DNA of 64,000 nt, taken from assembly GCA_963813025.1 (NCBI GenBank), contig CAWEXO010000013.1, forward strand, positions 1-64,000, given 5' to 3'. The notes beneath the pieces are model-generated. The model worked only from the letters and a program-made list of their open reading frames with translations. It was not told the DNA's origin and made no database searches. Positions 42,297 to 53,864 of this stretch are shown one piece after another; the first letter of the stretch is position 1; every line of letters begins with the position of its first letter. The position numbers and the translations under genes were made by a program. Source of the DNA: an uncultured Verrucomicrobiae bacterium (lineage in GTDB: Bacteria > Verrucomicrobiota > Verrucomicrobiia > Chthoniobacterales > JAFAMB01).

Positions 42297-42364
42297 CTCC
42301 TCGACTCCTCGAACTCCTTGAACTCCTTGAACTCCTTGAACTCCTCGAACTCCTCGAACTCCTG
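42297..42364. repeat. Nonamer tandem repeat (ctcctYgaa)n
   Basis: About seven units directly after lysC-like stop. Confidence 0.85.
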
Positions 42365-42368
42365 TGAC

Positions 42369-42980
42369 TCAAGGGACTGGTTCGACCGAATCCTCCAGAA
42401 AAACCCGGTGCAAGACCCGAGCACCAGTTTCTGTCATCTGCCTTGGGACCGTCCAGGTTACCCGAAACGATGATGTCGCCATCGAGCGGACCGGTATGCC
42501 GGCGTTGCGCAGAGCTTGCCAGCCAAGCCGCACCTTGGCATGCGATGTATTGATACCGGCTCCGATGATGCTCAATGCGCCGACCACGACGATCCGGCCG
42601 CGAGAAAGCTCATCCTGGATCCGAAAAGGGCGTACTTCAATGATTCGCGCATCGATATGCCGATCGTTGGTAATGATACCGGATTGGCTGCCGGTGAAAC
42701 TGATGGCGTCGCCGCCCAGTTCTCTAATCGCCAGCGAGAGGAGGGCCATGGAAATTCGTTCCCCGGCCGACAGCAGCATGTCCAGCTCCCGTCGGTCAGG
42801 ATTGGTCGAGACCTGTCTCGCCAGGGAAAGTAGCTCGTCAGTGCTGTCGCCCATCGCCGAGACGACCACAATCACATCATAGCCGGCGGCCTTGGTTTTC
42901 ATGATTCGCTCGGCCACCCGGCGGAGCTTGGTAGCATCGGCGACGCTACTGCCTCCGTACTTCTGCACAATGATCGCCAT
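42369..42980 (-). pseudogene. lysC: Aspartate kinase with large in-frame internal deletion
   Basis: [32 protein letters not shown] fused directly to ACT-like [10 protein letters not shown]...LHRVF; GRGGSD segment absent. Confidence 0.8.
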
Positions 42981-42988
42981 AGCTCCTG

Positions 42989-44350
42989 CTACCGACGCAG
43001 CAGTTTACCGTTCGCGGTTCGCGGCAACTCCGAAACCCGGTGAAAGACTTGCGGAACGGCCTCCGGAGGTAGTCTCCGGCGAGCCAACCCCGGGAGACAC
43101 GCGATGGAGTTGGGCGCGCCGACTACATCAGCGATCAGCTTTCCATTCTCGAGCGAAACTCTCGTTTCGCGAATACCGGGCGCCGCATTCAGGACTTCCT
43201 CGATCTGCTCATAAAAAACGGCGGCACCGTCGACCGTGATCCGGTTTTTGCTTCGGCCGAGCAAGTAGATCAAACCGCCGGAATCTTGTCGCGCGTAATC
43301 CCCCGTGTGATATCCGTGCGGAGAAAGAATGGCCGCCCGTAAAAGCCACGGGTTCAGATACGCGTTGAGGAGACCGGGGCCGTTGACGCAAAGCTCGCCA
43401 GGCTCTCCTGGCGCGGCAGACCGGCCGTCGTCTCCTATAAGGGTGACCCGGTAAGCAGGCAGCGGCCGGCCAACGGAATCAGGATGTTCGGGGTGGGTGT
43501 TCAGCGTGAGCAACCCGACCTCGATGATGCCGAGCGCGGCATTCACGGGCCGGTGAAACCGCTGAATGAAGGCGGTCTGCGTTTTTGAAGAAAGCAGCGC
43601 GGTGGTTGATATCGCCAATCGCAGGCAGTCCAGATCGCGGATCGGAGCGGTCACGAGCGCTTCATAAAAATCGGGTGAAGCGTACGAAATGGTGGGTCGA
43701 TACTCGGCAACTAATTGCGTGAAGGAGGCCGGGTCGGCAGACCGTGCGGTGACAATGGTGGCCCCTCTGGATAGGTAGAGAAGGGTCGACACGACAAAAT
43801 GATCGACCATCGGCAATTGAAACCAGATGCAGTCCCGGGGACTGATTTGCAACAACTCGTCTGCCGCGGCGAGCCGTTGGATGATCGTCTCGTGGCTCAG
43901 AAGAACGCCTTTGCGGCGACCAGTTGTGCCGGACGTGAAGCGGATGAAAGCAGGCGAGAGAGAGGCGTATTCGGAATCGTTCTGGTCGTCCAGCGGCTGG
44001 GCAAACGGGAACCTGGTCAGGTGCGATTCGGGACCGAGCAGCCAGTGTAATCCGGCCTTCTGAATGACGAATTCTGTTTCTTCCTCGCGCCATAAAGGAT
44101 TGATCGGCATCAGGCAGAGCCGGGCAGCGAGGATTCCCAGGGCGCGGGTGAGGAATCCTGGACCCTCGTCCTGCAGCAGACCGCAGCGCTGCCCCGGCTT
44201 ACATCCGGCTCTCAGCAGCGCAGCCGCAATCTGGTCGGCACGCGTCACCAGCGCCCGATAGCTGAGAACCGGTCCGAAGCCGTAGGGAACGTAAGCCGGA
44301 TGTTCGGGTTGAGACTCGGCGCGTTGGCGAATTAATTGGACGATAGCCAC
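42989..44350 (-). CDS. AMP-binding acyl-CoA synthetase family protein
   Basis: [30 protein letters not shown]. Confidence 0.85.
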   Translation of the reverse strand: MAIVQLIRQRAESQPEHPAYVPYGFGPVLSYRALVTRADQIAAALLRAGCKPGQRCGLLQDEGPGFLTRALGILAARLCLMPINPLWREEETEFVIQKAGLHWLLGPESHLTRFPFAQPLDDQNDSEYASLSPAFIRFTSGTTGRRKGVLLSHETIIQRLAAADELLQISPRDCIWFQLPMVDHFVVSTLLYLSRGATIVTARSADPASFTQLVAEYRPTISYASPDFYEALVTAPIRDLDCLRLAISTTALLSSKTQTAFIQRFHRPVNAALGIIEVGLLTLNTHPEHPDSVGRPLPAYRVTLIGDDGRSAAPGEPGELCVNGPGLLNAYLNPWLLRAAILSPHGYHTGDYARQDSGGLIYLLGRSKNRITVDGAAVFYEQIEEVLNAAPGIRETRVSLENGKLIADVVGAPNSIACLPGLARRRLPPEAVPQVFHRVSELPRTANGKLLRR

Positions 44351-44416
44351 ATCTAAGTTAACTAATCATTCCGGCTTGGCATTCCGGTCAACCGGGGAAG
44401 AACAACCGGCGACCTC

Positions 44417-45190
44417 ATGATACCTCGATCGCAGCGAATCGTCATAAAATTTGGAACCGGGATTTTGACCAAGCCTTCCAGTGACGGTCTGGAGACTGCG
44501 CAATTTGTTCGGCTGACGGAAGATGTTTCGAAGCTGGTGGGCGCCGGACATCAATGTCTGCTGGTCAGCAGTGGGGCGGTTGGTGCCGGTTTGATGCTCC
44601 TTCGCCTGGCAGAACGCCCGGTGGATCTTCCTTCCGTCCAGGCTTGCGCCGCGGTGGGCCAGTCGCGGCTCATGAGGCTTTACGAAACCTTGTTTAATCG
44701 GAACGGCTTACATGTCGCGCAGATCCTGCTGACTCACCAGGACATGGATAGCCGCACGCGGTACGAGAATGCCCGGAATACCTTGAAACGCCTCTTCGAG
44801 TTCGGAAACGTTGTTCCGGTGATCAATGAGAATGATTCCGTGGCCGTGGAAGAACTGCGCTTCGGTGATAACGACCGATTGTCGGCCGAGGTGGCAATTC
44901 TTTGTCAAGCTGATCTGCTCATCATCCTGACCAGCGTCGATGGTCTCATGGATGCGGATGGTCACCCCGTCAGCCAGGTTGAAGATGTTGATTCGGTGCT
45001 GCATCTTGCTCGTGATACCTCCGGAACTTACTCGACCGGCGGGATGATCTCGAAGCTGCAGGCTGTAAAGACTTCGGTAGGAGCGGGAATCCCGGCCGTG
45101 ATCGCGAATGGCCGAAGGCCGGGAGCCGTTCAGGCCATCCTGAGGGGTGAATCGGTCGGGACACGTTTTTCAGCATGTCGGCGGAACTAA
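44417..45190 (+). CDS. proB: Glutamate 5-kinase (no PUA domain)
   Basis: VIKFGT, VSSGAV, INENDSV, FGDNDRLS, TGGMISK. Confidence 0.95.
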   Translation: MIPRSQRIVIKFGTGILTKPSSDGLETAQFVRLTEDVSKLVGAGHQCLLVSSGAVGAGLMLLRLAERPVDLPSVQACAAVGQSRLMRLYETLFNRNGLHVAQILLTHQDMDSRTRYENARNTLKRLFEFGNVVPVINENDSVAVEELRFGDNDRLSAEVAILCQADLLIILTSVDGLMDADGHPVSQVEDVDSVLHLARDTSGTYSTGGMISKLQAVKTSVGAGIPAVIANGRRPGAVQAILRGESVGTRFSACRRN

Positions 45191-46434
45191 AACACGTTAT
45201 CGAGGAGTACGGGCAGCGCGCCCGGGCATCAGCGCCGGCCTTGGCCGCAGCTTCCACCGAGCAGAAGAACGCGGCGCTCCGTGGTGCGGCCGATCAGCTC
45301 GAAGCCAATGCCGGTCCGATACTGAGCGCCAATCAACTCGATGTTGCGGGGGCGCAGACCGCGGCCTTGCCGGAGGCCGCAGTCGATCGGCTTCGGTTGA
45401 CGGAAAAGCGTTTTTCCGGGTTAGCGCAAGCGGTCCGAGAGATCGCTTCGCTCGAGGATCCGGTCGGGAAAATCTTGCGCCGTTGGCATTGCTCGAGCGG
45501 GCTCTGGATCGAGAAGGTCACGGTGCCGATTGGAGTGATTGGAATTATTTATGAGTCACGGCCGAACGTGACTGCGGATGCCGGTTGTCTCTGCCTGAAA
45601 GCCGGCAACGCGGTCGTTCTGCGGGGCGGTTCCGAGGCGCGCCGGACGAATTCGGCGATCACCGATGCATTACGCGCGGGTTGCGAACGGGCTGGTCTTT
45701 CTGCCGACGCGATTCAATTGATCGGGGTGCCGGACCGCGCCGCAGTGCAATTCCTGGCACAGCTGGATTCCGCGATTGACCTTATTATTCCGCGCGGCGG
45801 GAAAGCCTTGATCGAGGCCGTGGCGGCAGTGGCGCGCGTGCCGGTGATCAAGCATTACGACGGGGTTTGCCACGTTTTTGTGGACGAGGCGGCGGACCTG
45901 GCTATGGCCGAGGCGATCGTAATCAATGCGAAGTGTCAGCGGCCGGGGGTATGCAATGCGGTTGAATGTCTCCTGATCCACGAAGCGGTGGCCGATCGAT
46001 TTCTGCGAAAGACCAGGCTATTAGAGAGAGGGGTGGAAATCCGGGGCGACTCCAGAACCAAACAGATTTTGGGCGATCGGGTCCGTTTGGCCACAGAGGC
46101 GGACTGGCGAACCGAATACCTGGATTTGATCCTATCGGTTCGGATCGTCGACAAGCTTGATCAAGCGATCGAGCACATCAATCGGTACGGATCCCACCAC
46201 ACCGACGCGATTGTGACAGAGGCCGAAAATACCGCCGAAAGATTTCTTCGGCTGGTTGATTCGGCTGTGGTGCTCTGGAATGCCTCGACCCGTTTCAACG
46301 ACGGCGGCGAGTTTGGCTTTGGGGCCGAGATCGGCATCAGCACCGATCGTTTGCACGCGCGCGGTCCGATGGGTCTCGAGGAACTGACTACCTACAAATA
46401 TCGGGTGATCGGGACGGGTCAGGTGAGGAATTAG
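45175..46434 (+). CDS. proA: Gamma-glutamyl phosphate reductase
   Basis: IIYESRPNVT, LRGGSEA, VCNAVE, NASTRFNDGGEFGFGAEIGIST. Confidence 0.96.
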   Translation: MSAELKHVIEEYGQRARASAPALAAASTEQKNAALRGAADQLEANAGPILSANQLDVAGAQTAALPEAAVDRLRLTEKRFSGLAQAVREIASLEDPVGKILRRWHCSSGLWIEKVTVPIGVIGIIYESRPNVTADAGCLCLKAGNAVVLRGGSEARRTNSAITDALRAGCERAGLSADAIQLIGVPDRAAVQFLAQLDSAIDLIIPRGGKALIEAVAAVARVPVIKHYDGVCHVFVDEAADLAMAEAIVINAKCQRPGVCNAVECLLIHEAVADRFLRKTRLLERGVEIRGDSRTKQILGDRVRLATEADWRTEYLDLILSVRIVDKLDQAIEHINRYGSHHTDAIVTEAENTAERFLRLVDSAVVLWNASTRFNDGGEFGFGAEIGISTDRLHARGPMGLEELTTYKYRVIGTGQVRN

Positions 46435-46620
46435 GCTCATTGAACTGAAAACCGTGGAGGCTCTTGCGGTGGTGCACGGAAAGCAAGTTCTGACAGATCT
46501 GCGGCTACTCAATTTCAGGCTCGGCTTGTCAATGAGTTTTGGCGCCGCTCTCCTGAAAAACGGCATTAGAAGAGTAGCCGACTAGAAGCTTTGTGTCTTC
46601 ATGTCTTTGTGTGAGATCCT

Positions 46621-47532
46621 TTAAGGTTTAACGGCCGATTCGCGAATCAGCGACGAACGAGCCGAACGTGCTGTGGCCGAGGTCATGCTCTGCTCAACTT
46701 GCGGATGCCAATCGATGATCCGGCGAGATACGGCTTCAAATACGGCGAAGCTTAGGCCAGCATAGATGACGAACAGGAACGCTACGATGATAACCCGTCC
46801 AGTATAGGCGAATTGTAACGCGTAGGTCACGATGACACCAAGACCGCTCTGGGCCCCAAGCAGCTCACCGCCTACGACCAGGCTCCATGAAAGCCCAAAG
46901 CTGAGCAAGAAAGAGGCCCGAATTTCCGGGAAGATCGCCGGGAGGACGAGATGACGGAACACGGCAGCTCGGCTCGCGCCCACGGTTGCCGCACGATCGA
47001 AATAGACCCTTGGCACGTTACGCACGGCATTAACCGTGCCGATGAACATGATGACCGCGACGCCATAGGCGACAAACAAGATGATGCCGAAGGTGTTTGC
47101 TCCAAACCAGAGATTGAAGAGTGGAATCATCGCCAAGAAGGGTGTCATACGGACGATGTGCACAGTCGGCGCGATCAGGCGCCGGCGCAGCATCGAAGGT
47201 CGCGACGAGGAGTCCGAGACCAATGCCCGCCAACCGTCCCGAAAACGATGCCGGCAGAGCACCCGCTCGAAAGTGACCAGCGAGGCGCTGCCGAGCGCAA
47301 GAAGAGCGGCTGCATAAGTCGGCGGACCGCCCTCAGATGGAGCCGGCACTCCAAACCCGCCGCTCCAATAATCCGACATGCGTAGCAGAGAATTACCGAT
47401 CAGATAGCCCCAGCCAGGAACCAGAGGCTCGCCGTAGCTGCCTTTGGCGGTCACGACGAGGGAGAGCAACTCCCAGGCCGAGAACCAGGGCTAACAGAAC
47501 CGTGACTCCGCCCAGACAGAAGCGCGTTTCAT
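46621..47532 (-). CDS. ABC transporter permease (NitT/TauT-like), frameshifts in 5' part
   Basis: PFLAMIPLFNLWFG, AATVGA..VFRHLVLPAIFPEI, GELLGAQSGLG. Confidence 0.75.
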
Positions 47533-47565
47533 GTGCTCCCTAAAGATTGCGCACTTCACCGGTCC

Positions 47566-48343
47566 TTATTCCAGCCCGATGTGATGCAGCAGCAGATGCT
47601 TGAGCGCTAGGCCTCCGTCGGTAGCGAGATCGTCGTCACTGCGCGGCATTGGCAAATCGATGGCTCGGTCCTCCGCGATGTCGCCGTTTTTTATCACGAT
47701 AACTCGCGTCCCGAGCATCATTGCCTCGTCTACATCGTGGGTGACGAAGAGCACCGTCTTGCCTGTTCGCTGCCAAAGAGTTGTGCAGTACCGCTTGAAG
47801 CTGACGCCGGGTCACGTAATCAAGCGCGCCGAACGGCTCGTCGGCCAACAGGATCGGAGGATCGTTGGCAAAAACCGCGGCAATGGCGACCCGGGCACGC
47901 ATGCCGCCTGACAACTCGCGTGGCCAAGCACGAGCTACCGAGGAGAGGCCAACCAGCGCCAAGTGTTCGCGGGCGATCCGCAAACGTTCCTGTTTCGAGA
48001 TCTTGCGAACTCGAAGGCCGAAAGCAACATTGTCCTCGACTCGCATCCAGGGAAAAACTGCGTCCTGCTGGAAGATGACGCCGCGGTCAGGGCCCGGGCC
48101 CGGTCACTGGCCGTCCCATGACTCGCACCTCGCCATGCTGCGCCGAAGCAATCCCGCAACGACATTGAGAAGCGTCGTTTTGCCATGGCCCGAACGCCCT
48201 AGAATGCAGACAAATTCACCCGGTGAGAACCTCAAGCGATACGCCATCGAGCGCCACAACATGGGTGCCGTCCGCGCGCACGAAAGCGCACTCCGATATC
48301 TCGAACGGCAAGAACTGGTCTGGTCATGTTCCGCTTTGTTCAC
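47566..48343 (-). pseudogene. ABC ATP-binding protein (TauB/SsuB-like), several frameshifts
   Basis: [36 protein letters not shown] in different frames. Confidence 0.8.
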
Positions 48344-48372
48344 AAACCGAAGGATTGCCTTTCAGTCTGATT

Positions 48373-49232
48373 TCAGTATAAATCTTCGAGCCGTCCCAGG
48401 CAGCGAATCTCAGCGCTGGCTCTGAGATTCGTCGAAGCACGGCCATGGCACGATGCCAGTGCGACTAGATGGCTGTACAATGCCGCCACGATGACAACGC
48501 AGGCAAGAAGGCCGGAGACATTATTGAGGTTAGTGAACGCCTTTATTGCCTGGCCCATCCCGCTCGGAGCACCCAGAATTTCCGCAAAGATCTCCAGCCC
48601 CCACGCGCTTGCGAGCGTAATGCGCAAGCCGCCAATGATCTCCGGAACTGTGCCAGGAATCAGGATATGGCGGATTCGAGTCGGCGGCCCTGCGCCGAAA
48701 GTCATGGCCCAGCGCTCATAGACCGGATTTATATTTTCCGCCGCGCGTTGACTAAACAGAACCATCATGACGGCACTGTAAAAGGCGACGAGCAAAACTT
48801 GGGTGAATGGGACCACTCCGAACCAAAGCAGGAATAGCGGCGCGGCCACCAGGACGGGCACGGTGCCAAGAACCAACACAATCGGGTCGACGAATAACCG
48901 GAGGAGCCGCAAGTCGCGCACTGGCGGTCCCGATCAATATACCAATCGCCCCTCCGGTCGCAAGCCCGCTCAGCACATTGCCGACGCGTATAAAGCAGCA
49001 GCGGGCCGTATCCAACTTTGCCCAGACCAAAAACTCCAAGCGCGGCGCGAATAGAGAAAATTGGTCCAGATATCGTGTCCGGCTTCAAGGGGAGTAACGA
49101 GCCGGCTTCTCGGAAGCTGGCTTGCCGCCTACCACCACACTCCAAAGAAAAGGCCCAGACCGGCCACTGTATACAGGGCGTCGACGAGGTTCTGCCGCAT
49201 CGTGGCGCGTCTGACGCGGTGACCAGCCGCAT
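48373..49232 (-). pseudogene. ABC transporter permease, frameshifted
   Basis: VPVLVAAPLFLLWFG, ILIPGTVPEIIGGLR, AEILGAPSGMG. Confidence 0.7.
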
Positions 49233-49286
49233 GCGTTCGCGAGCTCGAGAGCAGCGGGTCCGAAGAACGATGGATCGCACGAAACA

Positions 49287-50635
49287 TCATTGCACTGCTA
49301 CGCGCAGCAGCCGATAGGCGTCAAGATAATCATACCAGTCATAGAACTGCTTTGCTTTCTCGATCAGAGCCTGATTTTGCGGCGGAAAGATTCTTACCCG
49401 CGGTTCGCTTGAGCAGGTCGTCTGAAGCCTGCTTCAGCGCCAACGAGATCGTGGTAGACGCCTCCGGCCCAGATCACGTCGTCGGCATCATATTTGCCGT
49501 TTGGTAGAACGCCTTTATCGACGTTAAATTTTACCGCAGCGTCGAAAGCAGTCCGGTAGTACAATGCCGAATTTTGATTGTCGAAGTAGTTCTTTTGAAA
49601 CTCAAAGTTCGACAGAGGACTTAAGCGTATCGATCGTCAGTTTGAGCCCGGCGATGTCGAGGCTCGTACCTGCGAAGGAATTCACATAGTCGAGCATGGA
49701 TTTGAGCATCAGGTCAGGGTTTTTCTGCTCTTGCTCGATGATTCGGAACATCACCGAGGTGAAGCGGAGTACTGTTTCCGGCATGCTGCCGCGCCCATTG
49801 CGCGTCACATGCGACGCCTGGCGTGCCAACCAGAGCTGCTGTCGGCGAACCCGGACCAGCCGGCATATTGGTTAGTACGTCGAGCGGGGTGACCAGCGGG
49901 ATCCAACCGGCGCAGTCGGAGCTGTGCCGTAAAAGGGGCGCCGGTCGGCGAGGCAAAATCGATCTGGCCGCCGCTCTCGAGCTGGAGAGCATTCGAATCA
50001 GGTGTGACAACCAGCTTGGTATCTTTGTCCATGTTCATTCCGCCTAGCGAAAAGACCGTCTCGAGAAAAATGCGGTTGTCCACCACCGGCGCGGTAACGA
50101 AGCTCTTGCCCTTGAGCTGAGCCATCGTTTGTTTCATTGCTTCTTCAAAAGTCAAACCTTCGGCCATGAACTGTCCGACGGTTTTCACATTCGAGCCCGG
50201 GCGAGCAAGGATGGCAAATCCTTGGAAAAGGTCGGTCAACGCGATAAAGCGGATATTTTGAACCGAATCCATGGTCGCGATGATGTCGGGAGGATAAAGC
50301 GCCATGAAGTCGATCTGCTTGTTGACCAGAAGCGGGATTGCCTGGTCTGGCAGCACCTTGCGTCCGTACGGGGCGGGTGTAATGGTCAAGCCAACATCCT
50401 TGTAAAATCCCTGCTTTATCCCGGCGACGAAAATCAAATCGTTGGCATAGGGACGCATTCCGAGACTTACTTCGAGCTGCGGCACATCCGTTCCCGAAGA
50501 CGCCTTGTCCAGGCTGAATCCGATCCCCTTTTCGTCCGCAGCCGATAGGGACGAAACTGAGCCGAGAAACAGTGTTACAACAGCGGCGATCCCAGCCGCT
50601 CCCGCCCATCGATTAATGCATGCATTTGTGCCCAT
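49287..50635 (-). pseudogene. ABC substrate-binding protein, frameshifted in 3' half
   Basis: Signal peptide, GIKQGFYKDVGL; continuation pieces in other frames ending YDYLDAYRLLRVAVQ*. Confidence 0.6.
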
Positions 50636-50678
50636 GGTGTGTTGTTCCGATTCCTGTGCAATGTGAAGTTTGTTCATC

Positions 50679-51449
50679 CTACCGGCCTGTCCATTCTGGT
50701 TGGTGCTTCGCCAAAAAAGCCCGGACGCCAATCTTGAAATCATCGCTGCCATAAGCAGCCCGGACCAGGTCCTCTCCTTCAGGGATGGCTCCGATCAGCC
50801 GCCGGATTGATTCCTTAGCCACCCGCATCGAGACCGGCGCGTGCGAAGCCAGCCGGAGGCACATTGTAGTTACGAACTGCTCAATCGCCTCCCGCTGGAC
50901 TATCTGGACGACAAAGCCGCAGCCAAGGGCCTCTTCGGCAGAGATCGCGTCGGCGAGAAGCAGGAGGCGCTTTGAACGAGCCGGGCCGAATTCGGCGACG
51001 AGCCTTGCGGTGTTTGCTACGGAAAGGCAATTTCCCAGGGTCCGTGCAATGGGTACGCCGAAACGCGCCGCCGGCGTGGCGATGCGGAAGTCGCAGGCGA
51101 TCGCAATCGCCAGACCGCCCCCCATGGCCGGTCCGTCCACGACCGCAATCGTCGGTATCGGCAACTCCTCGATCGCCGACACAACATCCTCAATACGCTT
51201 TTCGTAGGCGATCCCGTCCTCCGCGGAGGTGAAGCTCAGGAACTCACGGATGTCGGTGCCTGCGGCGAACGCTTCGCCACTTCCACGAAAAGTCGCAACG
51301 CGCACCTTGGGATCGCCGGCGATCCGGGCGCAGGTCGCAACAAGCTGATCGTACATCGCAAAGGTCATGGCGTTGCGGGTTTCCGGCCGATCGAACACGA
51401 TCGAGGCGATGCCGTCGCGTGCCGCGAAATGGACCTCGCCATCACTCAT
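50679..51449 (-). CDS. Enoyl-CoA hydratase/isomerase
   Basis: RNAMT, AFAAGTDI, PTIAVVDGPAMGGGLAIAIACDFRIA. Confidence 0.9.
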   Translation of the reverse strand: MSDGEVHFAARDGIASIVFDRPETRNAMTFAMYDQLVATCARIAGDPKVRVATFRGSGEAFAAGTDIREFLSFTSAEDGIAYEKRIEDVVSAIEELPIPTIAVVDGPAMGGGLAIAIACDFRIATPAARFGVPIARTLGNCLSVANTARLVAEFGPARSKRLLLLADAISAEEALGCGFVVQIVQREAIEQFVTTMCLRLASHAPVSMRVAKESIRRLIGAIPEGEDLVRAAYGSDDFKIGVRAFLAKHQPEWTGR

Positions 51450-52713
51450 GAGGCAAAAGCTCCGCCAGTTCGAAGCTTCTCTATTGCATCGGGATCCAAG
51501 CCGAGTTCGGCCAGAATCTCCTCGGTGTGCTGCGCCAAGAAGAGGCGGCGGCATCCGAAACTGCTGCGGCGTGCCGCTCAGCTTGACCGGAAATCCGATC
51601 GAGCGAACCTTTCCTTCAACCGGGTGATCGATCTCCATGACGATCTTGCGATGGCGGGCATGATCGTTATCAAGCGCCTGGGCATAATCGTAGATCGGGC
51701 CAGCCGGTATCCCGGCACCAAGCAGCTGCTCGACCCAATCTTCGGCAGGCTGTGTCGTAAAAGTCTTTTCGAGCTCCTCGATCAGCGCTCTTCGATTGGC
51801 AAGGCGATCGGCAATGGTGGTGAAACGCGAATCATCCAGGAGATCAGGCCGGCTGACAAGCTCGCAGAGGCTCCGCCAAAGCTTGTCGTTGTTCGCGCCC
51901 ATCACGAAATATCCGTCGCTTGCCCGGACCGCCTGATAGGGAGCGCTCATCCGGTTGGCCGTGCCGAGTTTTTGCGGCACTTTGCCGGTACCCCAGATAT
52001 TCAGATATGTCCCAGACCGCAAATGCGATTGCCGCCTCGAACAGGGAAGCATCGATATATTGGCCTTCGCCCGTTTCGAGCCGGCCGATATAGGCGCTCA
52101 AAATTGCGTAGAGCGCGAATAGAGCACAGCCGATATCGGCGACCGGCACCCCCGATTTTGCCGGGGGACCGTCGGGATCACCGGTGATGCTCATGATGCC
52201 GCCCATCGCCTGGGCGATCAGGTCGAAGCCGGGTCGCTGTGACCAGGGACCGGTTTGTCCGAAACCTGAAATGCTCGCATAGATGAGGCGCGGATTGATG
52301 GCCTTTAATGTCGTATAATCGATTCCGAGGCGCGCTGTTACGCCGGGACGATAATTCTCGATCAGAACGTCCGCGGTTCTGACCAATTGATAGAATACCT
52401 CGCGCCCGGCGTCGGATTTAAGGTTGAGGACAATGCTCCGCTTGTTGCGGTTCATGTTGATGAAGCCGAGACTATCGGAGCCTTTGAGCCTGAAGCCCAT
52501 CGCGCGGCGGGTCTGGTCTCCCGATCCCGGCGGCTCGATCTTGATCACGTCGGCGCCCATGTCGCCCAGAAGCATGCCGCAAAATGGGCCCGCCATGACT
52601 TGGCTGACATCGAGAACGCGAAGAATCCCGAGTGGGAGAGACCTGTCCCGCGATGGATTGGCTTCGGCTCCGGTGTCTTCGTGCGACGAGTCGGATTGCG
52701 CTGCTCGGGTCAT
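51446..52713 (-). pseudogene. CaiB/BaiF CoA transferase, frameshifted at ~52000 and ~51530
   Basis: VLDVSQVMAGP, GADVIKIEPP, NRNKRS, ENYRPG; SAPYQA...PVKLSGTP..PPPLLG in another frame. Confidence 0.85.
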
Positions 52714-52763
52714 GGGATTAATTCTGTCCTCACTATTCAGCCACTTTGATCTGAGTTACCTGG

Positions 52764-53501
52764 TCAGGGTTTCAGAGTGATGCCGACCCGGTCCGCAGCT
52801 CTAGTTATATGCAGCTGCATTAAATACGAAGCACCATCGGGATCGCGCTGTTCCAGTGCCCTCAAAATTCTTTCGTGTTCATGCACCGGCTCCCAGAGTC
52901 GCTTATGCCTCGAGAGAGGCAATTTCTGCGACTCCAGGATCGTTTCTCGATTCAGGCTGTGAATCTCGCTGAATAACTGATTTCCGCTCAGCGTTACAAT
53001 AATATCATGAAACTTGAAGTCCTCGTGGGCCGCAGCAAGAAAATCACCTTGCCTGATACTGTCCTTCATCACCACAAGGCAGGCGGTGAGCTCGGCGATC
53101 GTCTGGGGCGTGATTTTCTCTGCGGCCAGGCGGGCTGCTCTTGGCTCGAGAACCAACCGAAGCTCATAAACATCGTGTTCGTTGAATCTGCTGGCATAAT
53201 GCCAGCGGGTTAAGCGCTTATCCTGTTCGGTCGACGTGCCGAGAATACGGGCTCGCCGGCCCGGCTCAATTGCGACAAGTCCGAGCGTTTCCAGAATCGA
53301 AAGCGCTTCGCGTACAGAACTACGGCTAACCCAGTATCTGGATGCGAGCTCCCGTTCGGACGGCAGAAAAGCACCCGGCTTAAGTTCTCCCTGACCGATA
53401 ACATCCCGAAGTTGTCGAACGATCTTACGGGATACACGATTGCGCCCATCAAAGGGAGAGAAAACGTCGGAACCTTGAGCAGCACTAGCCCGATTTTTCA
53501 T
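52764..53501 (-). CDS. GntR/FadR-family transcriptional regulator
   Basis: LPSERELA..VSRSSVREAL; FCD-type FH..IV..SGN, EHERI. Confidence 0.92.
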   Translation of the reverse strand: MKNRASAAQGSDVFSPFDGRNRVSRKIVRQLRDVIGQGELKPGAFLPSERELASRYWVSRSSVREALSILETLGLVAIEPGRRARILGTSTEQDKRLTRWHYASRFNEHDVYELRLVLEPRAARLAAEKITPQTIAELTACLVVMKDSIRQGDFLAAAHEDFKFHDIIVTLSGNQLFSEIHSLNRETILESQKLPLSRHKRLWEPVHEHERILRALEQRDPDGASYLMQLHITRAADRVGITLKP

Positions 53502-53710
53502 TGCTGATTCTAGCTTAGACCGCAGACGCCTTCCGAGGGTCGAATTTTGGATTTCATGCGTTTTGTCTTGGGCTGCCAATGACCTTTGGGGTTTTGTGCG
53601 TATTCAATCCGAAATAATCGGATGTCCGGTACTGCCAAGGTGAATTTGAATCCGGCGACGATTCGAGAATCACGCCTTGACAATAATGGAACCGTTTCTA
53701 AGATCAATTG

Positions 53711-53743
53711 AAACTGGTCAGACCATTATGGCCTGACCAGTTT
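53711..53743. promoter_or_regulatory. Tandem FadR-type operator boxes in divergent promoter
   Basis: aaac-TGGTCAGACCA-tta-TGGCCTGACCA-gttt. Confidence 0.75.
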
Positions 53744-53864
53744 CTATCTTCTTCCCATGATCTGGGCTCTGAACGGGCAATTATGAATTATGGCATTCAA
53801 ACCGCGCCTCGGCCAACCAGACACAGCGTTTTCAGAAGCAGGAAACGCCCACCAAACACCAGAT

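Noticed and set aside
42119..42473. ORFs with LELLELL / SSRSSR / NSLNSL repeats
   Set aside because: Translations of the intergenic nonamer repeat
50679..52052. CoA-transferase/enoyl-CoA hydratase fusion ORF (457 aa)
   Set aside because: Produced by frameshifts; the hydratase has its own ATG overlapping the transferase TGA at 51446-51449
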